DNA of 64,000 bases, from positions 2,016,001-2,080,000 of the forward strand of contig OY970067.1 in NCBI GenBank assembly GCA_963705305.1, given 5' to 3'. Positions 10,601 through 20,294 of this stretch are shown here, piece after piece. The DNA comes from an uncultured Methylomirabilota bacterium. Lineage in GTDB: Bacteria > Methylomirabilota > Methylomirabilia > Methylomirabilales > 2-02-FULL-66-22. How positions within the stretch are numbered: the stretch's first letter is position 1; every line of letters begins with the position of its first letter. Both the position numbers and the translations under genes were made by a program. Below the pieces are notes generated by a model. That model saw only the letters and a list, made by a program, of their open reading frames with translations. It was not told the DNA's origin and ran no database searches.

Positions 10601-11776
10601 CTACTTCTTGATCTGCTGGGCGCCGATCTCCCGGTCCCAGCGGTCCATGGCGTAGGTCAGCTCCTTGAAGTCGAGCTGCGGCGCCATCTTATACGTCTTG
10701 CCGGGACCGATCTCGTTGTACTGCGGTCGCCAGAACTCCTTCACGTAGTCGCGGATGTCGGCGGGTGCCTTGTCCAGCGTGGCCGCCTTGATGGTCGGGC
10801 CGATGAAGGCCTTCCAGGTCAGCTCTTGCTGGTCGACCTGCCGCATGAACTTCATCAGGTCCAGCAGGACGTCCACCTCGTTCTGCGGAACGCCCTTGGG
10901 GATGCCCCAGTAGTGGCCGTCGACGACGAAGGTGGTGTTGTCCAAGATGGTGATCTTGGCCTCCGGCGGGACCACGCCCTCGGCGCGGGGCTTCATGTCC
11001 CACTCCATGATGCCGGGCATCATCCAGCGCTGATCCTGCGCGAACTCACGCAGGGTGAAGAGCGTGCCGGTCGGGTAGTACTCGACGTACTTTCCCAGCT
11101 CCTTCATGTAGGCCCAGGCCTTGTCCCAACCCTTCTCCGGGTCCATGGGGGCCTTGTCGCCCAGGATGTACGGCAGGCCGCACATGATCGACCGGCCGGG
11201 GCCGCTGTTCGCCGGCCTGGCGTAGATGAACTTGCCAGGGTTGGCCTTGGCCCAGGCCAGCAGCTCGGCAGCGGTCTTGGGTGGATTCTTCACCTTGGCG
11301 GGATTGTAGATGAACACCGGACCGCCGGGGCTCACCACGGTGGGCATGAGGACCCCGCCGCCCGCATCCTGCAGGATCTTTGCCGCGTCGTTCAGCTCGC
11401 TCTCGGGGAACATCTTGTTGTACTTGGGGAACAGTTCAATGAGCTGCTTGTTGGCGGCGAGGACGGAGCCGGCATCCTGCCCGGTCAGCACCAGGTTGAT
11501 ATCGGCCCGGCCGGCGTCCTGCTGGGCCTTGATCTTGGCTGGCGTCTCGGGAGCCGGCCCGCGCTCGAGCTTGATCTCTTTTACCTTGTCTGGGTGGGCT
11601 TTCTTGTAGTTCTCGATGATCACCCCGGTGGAAGCGTAGTCGCCCCCGTTGTCCAGGATCGAGATGGTGATGGGCTGCCCGGCGAGGGCGGGTGGGGCCC
11701 CCCCGACCAGGGCCAGGGCGAGCCCAACGAAGAGGATCACTGGCGCGATGCGACATCTGGACCAGAGCTGCTGCAT
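10601..11776 (-). CDS. ABC transporter extracellular solute-binding protein (PotD/SBP_bac_8-like)
   Basis: Signal peptide, YARPANSGPGR motif, AGGAGGA RBS, first gene of the ABC operon. Confidence 0.9.
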   Translation of the reverse strand: MQQLWSRCRIAPVILFVGLALALVGGAPPALAGQPITISILDNGGDYASTGVIIENYKKAHPDKVKEIKLERGPAPETPAKIKAQQDAGRADINLVLTGQDAGSVLAANKQLIELFPKYNKMFPESELNDAAKILQDAGGGVLMPTVVSPGGPVFIYNPAKVKNPPKTAAELLAWAKANPGKFIYARPANSGPGRSIMCGLPYILGDKAPMDPEKGWDKAWAYMKELGKYVEYYPTGTLFTLREFAQDQRWMMPGIMEWDMKPRAEGVVPPEAKITILDNTTFVVDGHYWGIPKGVPQNEVDVLLDLMKFMRQVDQQELTWKAFIGPTIKAATLDKAPADIRDYVKEFWRPQYNEIGPGKTYKMAPQLDFKELTYAMDRWDREIGAQQIKK

Positions 11777-11986
11777 GGCTCTCCTCCTGCGGCTTGACTC
11801 GTTCAATGCCGCGATACAGGAAACGGACGCACTGCAACCCTCATCTGCCCGAATGATTTAGCGGATCTTAAAAACTATCGAAATCAAAAGTCAAGCGAAT
11901 CCGTGAATCAGTCTATCGGACATACCTGGAAGGATCCATGACCGGCGGCTTGACTTTTATCCTGGGCTTGACATATTTCTTACTTC

Positions 11987-12156
11987 ACGCAGGACATGAG
12001 CCCAATGAACTATAGTGTCGGGGAGTTAGGGGGCCGAGGGCCGTGGGCTTCCGCCTCCGAGTCGATGGGGTGGTAGGGTCCGGCTCCCCGTGCGGTGCTT
12101 CCGTTCGAGCCGAGGTCGGCGGGCTCGATGTCGGGGGAAGTGGAGTGCATCCTGTC
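11987..12156 (+). ncRNA. Candidate rod-shaped structured RNA, 6S-like
   Basis: Nested pairings GACATGAGCCC/GGGCTCGATGTC, CGGGAGT/GCTTCCG and GGGGGCCG/CGGCTCCC around an A-rich bubble; TTGACT -35 box at 11950. Confidence 0.35.
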
Positions 12157-12198
12157 GACAAGAGCGCTGGGGGGGAGGGGGCAAAGGAGGATGCCGTG

Positions 12199-12960
12199 GT
12201 GAATGTGCAGGAGCTGTTCGATCTCTCAGGCAGGGTGGCTATTGTGACGGGAGGATCCAGGGGAATCGGATTGGCCATCGCCGAGGGATTGGCGGCGGCA
12301 GGGGCGGAAACGGTGATTGCCTCGCGCAACGCGGGGCAGGCCGCGCATGCGCTCAGCGCCAAGGGACTGCGAGTCACCTCGCATGCCCTGGACGTGACCA
12401 GCCGGCTCTCGGCGCAGGAACTGCTCGCCGACGTGCTGCGAGACCACGGCCGGGTCGACATCCTCGTGAATTCAGCCGGCGTCATTCAGCGGAAGCCGAT
12501 CGAGGACACGACGGATGCCGAGTGGGATGCGATGATGGACACGAACCTCCGCGGCATCTTTCTCTGCTCGCAAGTGATCGGGCGCGAGATGATCGCGCGG
12601 CGCCAGGGGAAGATCATCAACATCTCCTCCAATATCGTCCAGGTCCTCCAGCCGCTGCGGGGGGCCTACGCCGTGACCAAGGCCGCGGTCTCCCACCTCA
12701 CGCGCGTCATGGCCCTGGAATGGGCGCCGTACCACGTCAACGTCAACGCGATTGCCCCTTCTCCCACGATCACCGACATCAACCGGAAGTATTTCGAGGA
12801 GCATCCGGACGATCTGAAACTGCGCATGCAGTCCATCCCCATGGGGCGCCTCGGCGATCCGCAGGATTACGTGGGAATGGCCATCTGCCTCGCTTCCAGG
12901 GCCTCGGACTTCGTCACCGGCCAGACCGTCTTCGTGGATGGGGGATCGGTCCTGATCTGA
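12199..12960 (+). CDS. SDR oxidoreductase (gluconate 5-dehydrogenase/KduD-like)
   Basis: [41 protein letters not shown]. Confidence 0.93.
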   Translation: MNVQELFDLSGRVAIVTGGSRGIGLAIAEGLAAAGAETVIASRNAGQAAHALSAKGLRVTSHALDVTSRLSAQELLADVLRDHGRVDILVNSAGVIQRKPIEDTTDAEWDAMMDTNLRGIFLCSQVIGREMIARRQGKIINISSNIVQVLQPLRGAYAVTKAAVSHLTRVMALEWAPYHVNVNAIAPSPTITDINRKYFEEHPDDLKLRMQSIPMGRLGDPQDYVGMAICLASRASDFVTGQTVFVDGGSVLI

Positions 12961-13177
12961 GGGGCGCCCGGCCTTCCTCCATCACCCGGAGGCCCCGGAC
13001 GCGCTGGACCGGACGACGGGGATCGTGGACTATGCGGGTGCCGCGATCCCCGTCGAGCGCCCCGGTCACGCGATACACCTGGCTTGCGGCGAGCACCGGC
13101 GCTGCCTTTCGGTGGCGCGCCGGCCCGTGGGCCAACTCTTCGGCCGGCCCAATACCGCATCAAGCTTTGCTTGCCTG

Positions 13178-13300
13178 TTTCAGCTATCACCGGAGGAGGT
13201 TGCGCGTTTGAGGTTCCAATCTGGAACCTCAAAGCCCGGCCGCGGGGGACGGCGTTATGCCCCCTACGCCTTCACCGAACAAGGCGTCGCCATGCTCTCG
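13178..13300 (+). pseudogene. Fragment of an ORF6N-domain DNA-binding protein
   Basis: [41 protein letters not shown] matches the ORF6N core; flanks unrelated. Confidence 0.75.
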
Positions 13301-13639
13301 ACGACCCTCCTTCTGGGCCGGGCGGCAGGCGGCCCGGCCGACTTCCTTCAGATGCATCTCCAGATGGCGCTTGGCGATGTCGGCGTTCCGGGCGTCCACC
13401 CACTTGACCTGGCCCCACCGCGCCAGGGCGCTGCATAGATGGGGGATGTCCAAGTCTCCGCGGGCATCGTGGTGCGGCAGGTGGCGGACGATCGTCCCAT
13501 CGGCCGTTGTCTCGACGACCGCGAACGCCGAATCCGGCAGCAGCCGGATGATGCGGCCGCTCCACTGGGCCGCCTCGGTCAGGGGTCCGCTCGCCAGCAC
13601 AAGCGTCAGGCCTCCCAGAACGAGCCAGATCGCCTTCAT
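13229..13639 (-). CDS. Exported hypothetical protein with LPDSAFA...HL..ALAR motif (DUF6582-like)
   Basis: GGAGGA RBS, signal peptide, [10 protein letters not shown]...RHLPHHD...[13 protein letters not shown]. Confidence 0.7.
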   Translation of the reverse strand: MKAIWLVLGGLTLVLASGPLTEAAQWSGRIIRLLPDSAFAVVETTADGTIVRHLPHHDARGDLDIPHLCSALARWGQVKWVDARNADIAKRHLEMHLKEVGRAACRPAQKEGRREHGDALFGEGVGGITPSPAAGL

Positions 13640-13705
13640 GGCATTCCTCCCTTTGCTCTCACCGGTCTGTCCCCCCTTCTTTGCGGAGAGCGGGCTGCGG
13701 CGGAA

Positions 13706-13734
13706 TTGACGCCATGTTCCAGCTTTGATAGGGT
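13706..13734 (+). promoter_or_regulatory. Sigma70-like promoter
   Basis: TTGACG-N17-TAGGGT just upstream of ATG 13739. Confidence 0.5.
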
Positions 13735-13738
13735 GGGC

Positions 13739-14473
13739 ATGCTGCGAAATCGCCTGATCCCGGAGCCAGGAATGGCAGACCACGGCCCGATGCACTTCGT
13801 GCTCTACGGCGACTGCATTCTTCGAATTCCCCAGGAAGGCCTGATTCCAAAATTCGGCAGCTTTCTCCTGCTCCGCCACCTTCCGTTGCAGGGAGAGGAC
13901 AGGGTCCTAGACCTCGGCTGCGGGGCGGGCCTCATCGGGATCGTCGCGGCCCGGATGGGGCACCGGGTGGTGGCGACCGACATTCGCCCGGCCTGTACCG
14001 CCTGCGCCAGCGCCAACGGCCTGCTCAACGGGATCGGGAATCGCCTGGATGTGCGGACGGGGGATCTTTTCGCACCGCTGGCGGAGGAGGCGTTCGATCT
14101 GATCGCCGCCAATCCACCCCAGATGCCGACTCCGGTTGATCGGGACTGGGGCGACGAACAGGCGCTCGCCGACAACGGCGGTCCGGACGGCTGGGCGATC
14201 CTGGAACGGATCATCCTGGAGGCTCCAGGATACCTCAAGCCCCGAGGGCGTCTGGTATTCACGCTGCTCGCATTCCTGGGGGTGGGGCGGGCACTGGGCA
14301 TGCTGCGGACCGCCGGCCTGGAGGGCCGCGTCCTGGCGAGGGAAGATCAGCCGTTTCCCCGCCTCGCCCGGGAGCGATTGGACCACATTCGGGGGTTCGA
14401 TGTCGAGGGGAATCTCCCGGCGGGGCGCCCAGAAACATGCGGCCGGCTTGTGCTCTGCGGGGAGAAGGAGTAA
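13739..14473 (+). CDS. Class I SAM methyltransferase (HemK/PrmC-related)
   Basis: VLDLGCGAG, GDLF, ANPPQ, GGPDG motifs. Confidence 0.88.
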   Translation: MLRNRLIPEPGMADHGPMHFVLYGDCILRIPQEGLIPKFGSFLLLRHLPLQGEDRVLDLGCGAGLIGIVAARMGHRVVATDIRPACTACASANGLLNGIGNRLDVRTGDLFAPLAEEAFDLIAANPPQMPTPVDRDWGDEQALADNGGPDGWAILERIILEAPGYLKPRGRLVFTLLAFLGVGRALGMLRTAGLEGRVLAREDQPFPRLARERLDHIRGFDVEGNLPAGRPETCGRLVLCGEKE

Positions 14474-14476
14474 CCC

Positions 14477-15256
14477 GTGCCATCGTTTCTCATCGTCAAC
14501 GCTGACGATTTTAACCTGACGCCGGGGGTGACGCAGGGCATCCTGGAGGCCCATCGCAACGGCATTGTCACCAGTACCACGGTGATGGTGAATCTCTCCC
14601 ATCTGGAGGAAAGCTGCGAGCTGGCTCGGGACCACGCCGGGCTGGGTGTGGGCCTCCATCTCAATCTGACCTTTGGTCCGCCGGTGCTGCCGCCGGCCAA
14701 GGTCCCTTCGCTGGTTGATGAGCGGGGACGGCTCCTCCGGGAGCCAGACCGGCTGGACAAGGCCGGGAGGCTGGTGGAAATCCGAGGAGAGCTGGCGGCG
14801 CAGGCCGATCGGTTTGCTGCCGCCTACGGCCGGCTGCCCAGCCACCTGGACACGCATCATCACATCCACCGGCATCCTCGGATTTTCGAGGTGGTCCTGG
14901 AGCTGGCCGAGCGGTTGGGGGTTCCCATCCGATCCCTTTCGGCGCACATGACCGACCGGATCAGGCGGCGGCGCCTCCCGGCCGTGGATCGTCTGGTGGG
15001 CGACGTGGGCGTCGAGCCCTACTGGACCCCGCAGCGGCTGCGGGGTCTGCTGGAAAACCTCCCTCCGGGGGTGACGGAGGTCATGTGCCACCCCGGCCAT
15101 CCCGACGAGCCGCTGCGCGCCAGCAGCTACCGGCTGCAGCGCGAGGTGGAGCTGTTGGCGTTGTGCGATGGCCAGGTGAAGGCAACGCTGGCGGCGGCCG
15201 GCATCCGAACGATCACCTACGCGGACCTGCCCGCTATCGCCACGGGCCGGCCATGA
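14477..15256 (+). CDS. ChbG/YdjC/HpnK family deacetylase
   Basis: LIVNADDF, GLHLNLT, HLDTHHHIH, EVMCHPG. Confidence 0.93.
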   Translation: MPSFLIVNADDFNLTPGVTQGILEAHRNGIVTSTTVMVNLSHLEESCELARDHAGLGVGLHLNLTFGPPVLPPAKVPSLVDERGRLLREPDRLDKAGRLVEIRGELAAQADRFAAAYGRLPSHLDTHHHIHRHPRIFEVVLELAERLGVPIRSLSAHMTDRIRRRRLPAVDRLVGDVGVEPYWTPQRLRGLLENLPPGVTEVMCHPGHPDEPLRASSYRLQREVELLALCDGQVKATLAAAGIRTITYADLPAIATGRP

Positions 15257-15343
15257 AGGCGGCGGCCCTGTTCCTCTACCAGCAGGCACAGGGGAGGAGT
15301 GGGTGATGCGCCGGATCCCCCGGGGCAGGGGCGGCGGCCCGTC

Positions 15344-15372
15344 TTGACACCCGGGGAAAACCACGGCATTCT
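15344..15372 (+). promoter_or_regulatory. Sigma70-like promoter of the AOR operon
   Basis: TTGACA-N17-CATTCT followed by a ~150-nt hairpin-rich leader. Confidence 0.5.
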
Positions 15373-15525
15373 CATACGCGCATGAGGCCGGCCTCCTGGT
15401 GGAGGCGGGCATTCGCCGGGGAAGGGGGTTCACTCGACGTGGGGTGGAGGTTCCCGGCGCGAGGCGTATGCCCAGCTCTCGCCGTCCTGCGAGAGCGTTG
15501 AATCGTGCAGAAGGAGAGAGACATC

Positions 15526-17241
15526 ATGCAGGTGTGGCGCGTGAATCTGAGTGAGAAGAGTCTGAAGCGAGATGCGGTGCCGGAATCCTGGAGCCGTCTG
15601 GGAGGTCGCGGCCTATCGGCGAAGATTCTCGTCGAGGAGGTCCCGCCCACCTGCGAGCCGCTGGGCCCCTTGAACAGGCTGGTCTTCGCCCCGGGCCTGC
15701 TGGTCGGGCACATCCTGACCAGTTGCGACCGGGTGTCCGTGGGCGGGAAGAGTCCGATGACCGGAGGGATCAAAGAGGCCAACGCGGGCGGCTCCACCGG
15801 ATTGCACATGACGAATATGGGGATAAAGGCCCTGATCCTCGAAGGGCAGTGCCGCGGCGGCGACAAGTGCGCGTCGGGCTGGTGGGTGCTTCACCTCAGC
15901 CTTCAGGGGGCCCGGTTCGACCCGGCGGACGACGTGGCGGGCCTCGGGGTGCACGCCGCCGCCGACCGGCTCCTCCAACGGTACGGAAAGAAAGTGGCCA
16001 TGTCCCTCATTGGCCCTGGCGGCGAGCAGCGCCTCTTCGCGGCCGGCATCCAGAACCTGGACAAGGACAACGTGCCCTCGCGGATCGCCGCCCGGGGCGG
16101 CCTGGGGGCGGTCATGGGGTCGAAGCGGCTCAAGGCCATCGTCTTCGACGACTCGGGCGGAACACGACCGCCCATCGCGGATCGGGAGGCCTTCAAGGCA
16201 GCCCAGAAGAAGTTCACCCAGAACACTCTGAACCACCCGCAGACCAAGGCCTACCAGGAGTACGGCACGCCCGCCATGGTCATGATGTGTAACGCCTTCG
16301 GCGGGCTGCCGACGCGCAATTTCAGCAGCGGCCAGTTCGAGGGGGCCGAGACCATCAGCGGCGAGTATATGCGCGAGGCGCTGCTCGCGCGGGGCGGGGA
16401 GAGCGAGCCCACCCACGCCTGCATGATCGGCTGCGTCATCCAGTGCTCGAACACCTACGCGGACGAGCAGGGCAAAGCGATCGTCTCGCCGCTGGAGTAC
16501 GAGACCATCGGCCTCATGGGGTCGAACCTGGGCATCAAGGACCTCGACGCCGTGGCGCGGCTGAACTGGGAGGCCAGCGACCTGGGTCTGGACACCATCG
16601 ATATGGGGGCCGCGCTGGGCGTGGCAGCCGAGGCGGGCTTGATGCAGTTCGGAGACGGCGCCCGGGCGCTGGAGTTGATGCAGGAGATCCGGAAGGGCAC
16701 GCCGCTCGGCCGGATCCTCGGCCACGGGGCCGCGATGGCGGGGAAGGTCCTGGGTGTCCTTCGGGTTCCCGTGGTGAAGGGCCAGGCCATGTCCGCCTAC
16801 GAGCCGCGCGCCATCAAGGGGACGGGCATCACCTACGTCACGTCGCCCCAGGGGGCGGACCATACGGCAGGAAACACGGTCCGCGCCAAGGTCGACCACC
16901 TCGACCCCAAGGCGAACATCGCGACCTCGCGCGGGGCCCAGATCAACATGGCCGGCTTCGACACGCTGGGCGCCTGCATTTTCTCCGGGTTCGGCTTCAT
17001 GGTGGCGCCGGAAGTCATCCCGGACCTCTTGAACGCCCGCTACGGCTGGCAGGTGGGCCCCGACATCCTGCAGGTGCTGGGACGGGAGACGCTGGCATTG
17101 GAGCGCGAGTTCAACAAGCGGGCCGGTTTCACGGCGGCGGACGATCGCATCCCGGAGTGGATGACCACCGAGAAGCTGCCGCCCCACAACTCGCGATTCG
17201 ATGTCTCGGAAGACGATCTGGACGGCATATTCAATTGGTGA
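15526..17241 (+). CDS. aor: Aldehyde:ferredoxin oxidoreductase family (tungstopterin)
   Basis: GGRGL, KSPMTGGIKEANAGG, RGGLGAVMGSKRLKAI, CxxCxxxC, EYET, GLDTI, GADH. Confidence 0.93.
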   Translation: MQVWRVNLSEKSLKRDAVPESWSRLGGRGLSAKILVEEVPPTCEPLGPLNRLVFAPGLLVGHILTSCDRVSVGGKSPMTGGIKEANAGGSTGLHMTNMGIKALILEGQCRGGDKCASGWWVLHLSLQGARFDPADDVAGLGVHAAADRLLQRYGKKVAMSLIGPGGEQRLFAAGIQNLDKDNVPSRIAARGGLGAVMGSKRLKAIVFDDSGGTRPPIADREAFKAAQKKFTQNTLNHPQTKAYQEYGTPAMVMMCNAFGGLPTRNFSSGQFEGAETISGEYMREALLARGGESEPTHACMIGCVIQCSNTYADEQGKAIVSPLEYETIGLMGSNLGIKDLDAVARLNWEASDLGLDTIDMGAALGVAAEAGLMQFGDGARALELMQEIRKGTPLGRILGHGAAMAGKVLGVLRVPVVKGQAMSAYEPRAIKGTGITYVTSPQGADHTAGNTVRAKVDHLDPKANIATSRGAQINMAGFDTLGACIFSGFGFMVAPEVIPDLLNARYGWQVGPDILQVLGRETLALEREFNKRAGFTAADDRIPEWMTTEKLPPHNSRFDVSEDDLDGIFNW

Positions 17242-17519
17242 TCACGGCGCACCTGCACGCCACCTTGCAGCGCCAGACCCCCTCGGGGCCGCTCCGACGC
17301 CTGGACGTGACGTTGCCTCCGCAGAGTGCCCTGAAAGACCTGCTGGAGGCCCTGGCCGTCCGGGTGGAGAGTGATGCCATCCTGCTTGTCGTCAATGGGC
17401 GCCTGGTCTCGCCGGACCACGTCCTGGGCGAGGGGGATGAGGTGCATCTGTTTCCGGCCCTTTCGGGAGGCGCCGGGATGACCGGAAGCCGGGAGGTAAC
17501 CACCGGCCCCGGACCATGA
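17238..17519 (+). CDS. MoaD/ThiS family sulfur carrier with C-terminal extension
   Basis: GTGA overlap with AOR stop; VVNGR...LGEGDEVHLFPALSGG followed by 15 extra residues. Confidence 0.85.
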   Translation: MITAHLHATLQRQTPSGPLRRLDVTLPPQSALKDLLEALAVRVESDAILLVVNGRLVSPDHVLGEGDEVHLFPALSGGAGMTGSREVTTGPGP

Positions 17520-17665
17520 TCGATCGGGAAATCGCTTTCCGCCTCCTTCCCATTCTTCTCGCGTCAATTTCCGCCGGTTTTCGCTGAAGCCCTCACAGGA
17601 CCCCGCCCAATTCGAGCCGCCACCGGCTCGAATGTCGCACCGTATTTCATCGATTTTCCTCTCAT

Positions 17666-17700
17666 GGATGCTTGACATCCAAACGGATGTATGGTATAAA
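17666..17700 (+). promoter_or_regulatory. Consensus promoter overlapped by inverted repeats (operator)
   Basis: TTGACA-N17-TATAAA; ACATCC-N4-GGATGT (17675-17690) and GGATG-N5-CATCC. Confidence 0.65.
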
Positions 17701-17771
17701 GAATAGCAACAGGATGGCCGATGAAGACATTGAAAGCCAGAGCGAGGCATCCTTGAAGAAGGGAGGGACCT

Positions 17772-18062
17772 ATGCTGGCCATACAGGAGAGAGAGGACAC
17801 CCGAGAGGAGCTCGATCAGGTCGCCGGTCTGAGCGACAAAGACTTGGAGAACCTGGTTGCGGCTATGGGGAAGCGACTCCAGGGGGAATACATTGCCGGC
17901 GCGATCCCGTATCTGCGGGAACACCAGCCTGATCTCTGGGCCGAGCTGGAGCGGCTGGATCAAGAGAACTCTCTCTCGTCCCTCTTGGATTACGAGCGGC
18001 TTTTCTTCGAAGGGCTGCGACGATACGTGTCGCATCTCGCGGGCGAGCGTCAGGCTGCCTGA
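17772..18062 (+). CDS. Hypothetical helical protein
   Basis: GGGAGG RBS, own promoter, protein-like composition. Confidence 0.75.
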   Translation: MLAIQEREDTREELDQVAGLSDKDLENLVAAMGKRLQGEYIAGAIPYLREHQPDLWAELERLDQENSLSSLLDYERLFFEGLRRYVSHLAGERQAA

Positions 18063-18501
18063 GCGGACAAGGGCTCGGACAGGGGCCTCAACGCCTGTGC
18101 ACGCCCACCGCGTCTCCTCCTTTGTGGTACCGTGTGTTCGCCCGCGCGATCAAGCCTCTCCTTCTCGCCACAATGTCCCCGAGCATGGTGTGAACGAGCT
18201 AACAGATCAGCCATGCCTCTGCTGTGAATTCCCGAAGGCGAAGCAACCGGGGATGAAAACTCCTCGACAGGGCGGGCCCTGGAAGTGTAAATTGCGTTTC
18301 AACGTCGGCGCAGGGATCCGGTCCGCAGCTGTCCCCGGTCTGGTTGGGACGTCTTCTCCGGTGCCTGGGGAACCGATCTCAGCCTGCCGGAGCGATCCTG
18401 CAGCGGTCTCCCGCTCCGGAAGAGTCTTTCCCTCCGGATCTGGCAGCTCCCCTGCAAAGCCCGGCCGTCAGATAAAGAAAGCGTGAGGCCATCTCCCACC
18501 C

Positions 18502-19866
18502 ATGAGCGTAGAGTTTTCCGCCTTTGATCTCGCCGAGCCCGTCGTGCGCGGCATTCAGGCCGCGGGGTTCAGCACCTGCACGCCTATCCAGGAAGAGGCG
18601 CTCCCCATTACGCTCCGCGGCCGAGATGTGGCGGGCCAGGCGCAAACCGGAACGGGAAAGACGGCGGCTTTCCTCATCGCCATTTACAACCGCCTTCTGC
18701 GAGAGCCGGACCGGCGGACTCCTGGCGTCTCCGCGCCGCGCGCCCTGGTGGTCGCCCCCACGCGGGAGCTGGCGGTCCAGATTCACAGCGACGCCCACCT
18801 GCTGGGTCAGTTCACCGGCCTGGATATCCAGGTGGTCTACGGGGGGGTGGACTACATCAAGCAGAGGCAGACCCTCCACGCGGGAGTGGATCTGCTCATT
18901 GGGACTCCCGGGCGCCTCATCGATTATTTCAAGCAGGGGGTGTATGAGCTGAACGCGGTGGAGGTCCTGGTCATTGACGAGGCCGACCGGATGTTCGATA
19001 TGGGGTTCATCAAGGACATCCACTATCTTGTCCGCCACCTCCCCTCTCCCCAGGACCGGCAGTCCTGCCTCTTTTCCGCCACCCTGAGCACCCAGGTGCT
19101 GGAGCTTGCCTACGAGTGCATGAACAACCCGACCATGGTGGCCATCGCGCCGGAGCAGGTGACCGCGGAAGGAGTGGAGGAGGTCCTGTACCATGTGGCG
19201 AAGGACGAAAAGTTCTCACTCCTGCTCGGCCTGCTGGCGCGCGAGAAGGGGAAGCGCATCCTGTTCTTTACCAACATGAAGCACGAGGCCGAGCGTCTGG
19301 CCACACGGCTGGTTCAGCAGGGCTATCACGCGCAGGCCATCACGGGCAACGTGGACCAGCGGAAACGGCTGAAGATCATGCAGGCCTTCAAGGAGGGGGG
19401 CCTCCATATCTTGGTGGCGACCGACGTGGCCTCGCGAGGACTGCACATCGAAGGGGTCACCCACGTCATCAACTACGACCTGCCGCAGGATGCGGAGGAT
19501 TACGTCCACCGCATCGGCCGGACCGCGCGGGCCGGGGCCTCGGGGAAGGCGATCAGCCTGGCGGACGAAGCCCACGTCCTGTCACTGGAGGCCATCGAGG
19601 AGTTCATCGGTCACAAGATTCCCGTCGAATGGCCGGAAGACGATCTGTTCCTCCACGAGGGGCCCGCCCGAGCCCACGGCGCCCCCCGCACCGAGGCGGC
19701 AGGCCGGCCGTCGCGCCGCCGCACCCCCATGCGAGGCGCCCCCCCGCGCCCGGCGCCGGCGACCCCCCCGGGGGGGGAGGCGGCTGCGCCGGCCAAGAAA
19801 CGCCGCCGCCGCCACCGAAAGTCCGCGGCCAGCGCCCCCGCGCCTGGCGGCGGGGAACCGTCGTGA
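18502..19866 (+). CDS. rhlB: DEAD-box RNA helicase, RhlB-like
   Basis: DVAGQAQTGTGKT, PTRELA, DEAD, SAT, RGLHI, HRIGRTAR, basic tail. Confidence 0.88.
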   Translation: MSVEFSAFDLAEPVVRGIQAAGFSTCTPIQEEALPITLRGRDVAGQAQTGTGKTAAFLIAIYNRLLREPDRRTPGVSAPRALVVAPTRELAVQIHSDAHLLGQFTGLDIQVVYGGVDYIKQRQTLHAGVDLLIGTPGRLIDYFKQGVYELNAVEVLVIDEADRMFDMGFIKDIHYLVRHLPSPQDRQSCLFSATLSTQVLELAYECMNNPTMVAIAPEQVTAEGVEEVLYHVAKDEKFSLLLGLLAREKGKRILFFTNMKHEAERLATRLVQQGYHAQAITGNVDQRKRLKIMQAFKEGGLHILVATDVASRGLHIEGVTHVINYDLPQDAEDYVHRIGRTARAGASGKAISLADEAHVLSLEAIEEFIGHKIPVEWPEDDLFLHEGPARAHGAPRTEAAGRPSRRRTPMRGAPPRPAPATPPGGEAAAPAKKRRRRHRKSAASAPAPGGGEPS

Positions 19867-19903
19867 CCAAAAGAGACGAGGCAGCCCTTCGGAGGAGAGC
19901 TCC

Positions 19904-20221
19904 ATGACGACCAAAGAGGAACACTTCGGGAATGGCCTGGGCCTGTACGGCCAGAACAAATACACGGAGGCCATTGCCGAGTTGCAGAAGGCGGTCGAGA
20001 TCGATCCCGGTTATGCCGACGCCCATCTGGCCATCGGCCACGCGCTGCACCGGCTCAAGCGACTGCCCGAGGCGGCCGAGGCCATCAAGAAAGCGATCGC
20101 CGCCAACGATCGGGAGCCGCTGTACCACACCAGCCTGTCCACGGTGTACCGGGACATGGGTATGATCCCCGAGGCCGAAGAGGAGATGGCCACCTCCTTC
20201 CAGCTCCAGCGCGGGTTCTAG
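19904..20221 (+). CDS. TPR protein
   Basis: GGAGGAG RBS; EAIAELQKAVEIDP TPR repeats. Confidence 0.88.
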   Translation: MTTKEEHFGNGLGLYGQNKYTEAIAELQKAVEIDPGYADAHLAIGHALHRLKRLPEAAEAIKKAIAANDREPLYHTSLSTVYRDMGMIPEAEEEMATSFQLQRGF

Positions 20222-20294
20222 CCTCGTGTGTCTCAAAGGTCTTGACGTGTCATCACCCCCGGCCGCGGATTTCACCGCCTTGACAGAGGTACGA

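Noticed and set aside
15378..15500. Canonical Moco/Wco riboswitch
   Set aside because: Expected conserved elements (CCUAAG, GAAAC tetraloop stem, CCUCCC) not found; kept only as an unclassified structured leader
18220..18490. c-di-AMP (ydaO) riboswitch
   Set aside because: Only scattered short resemblances (GGGGAACC, CCGTCAG) without the right order or pairings
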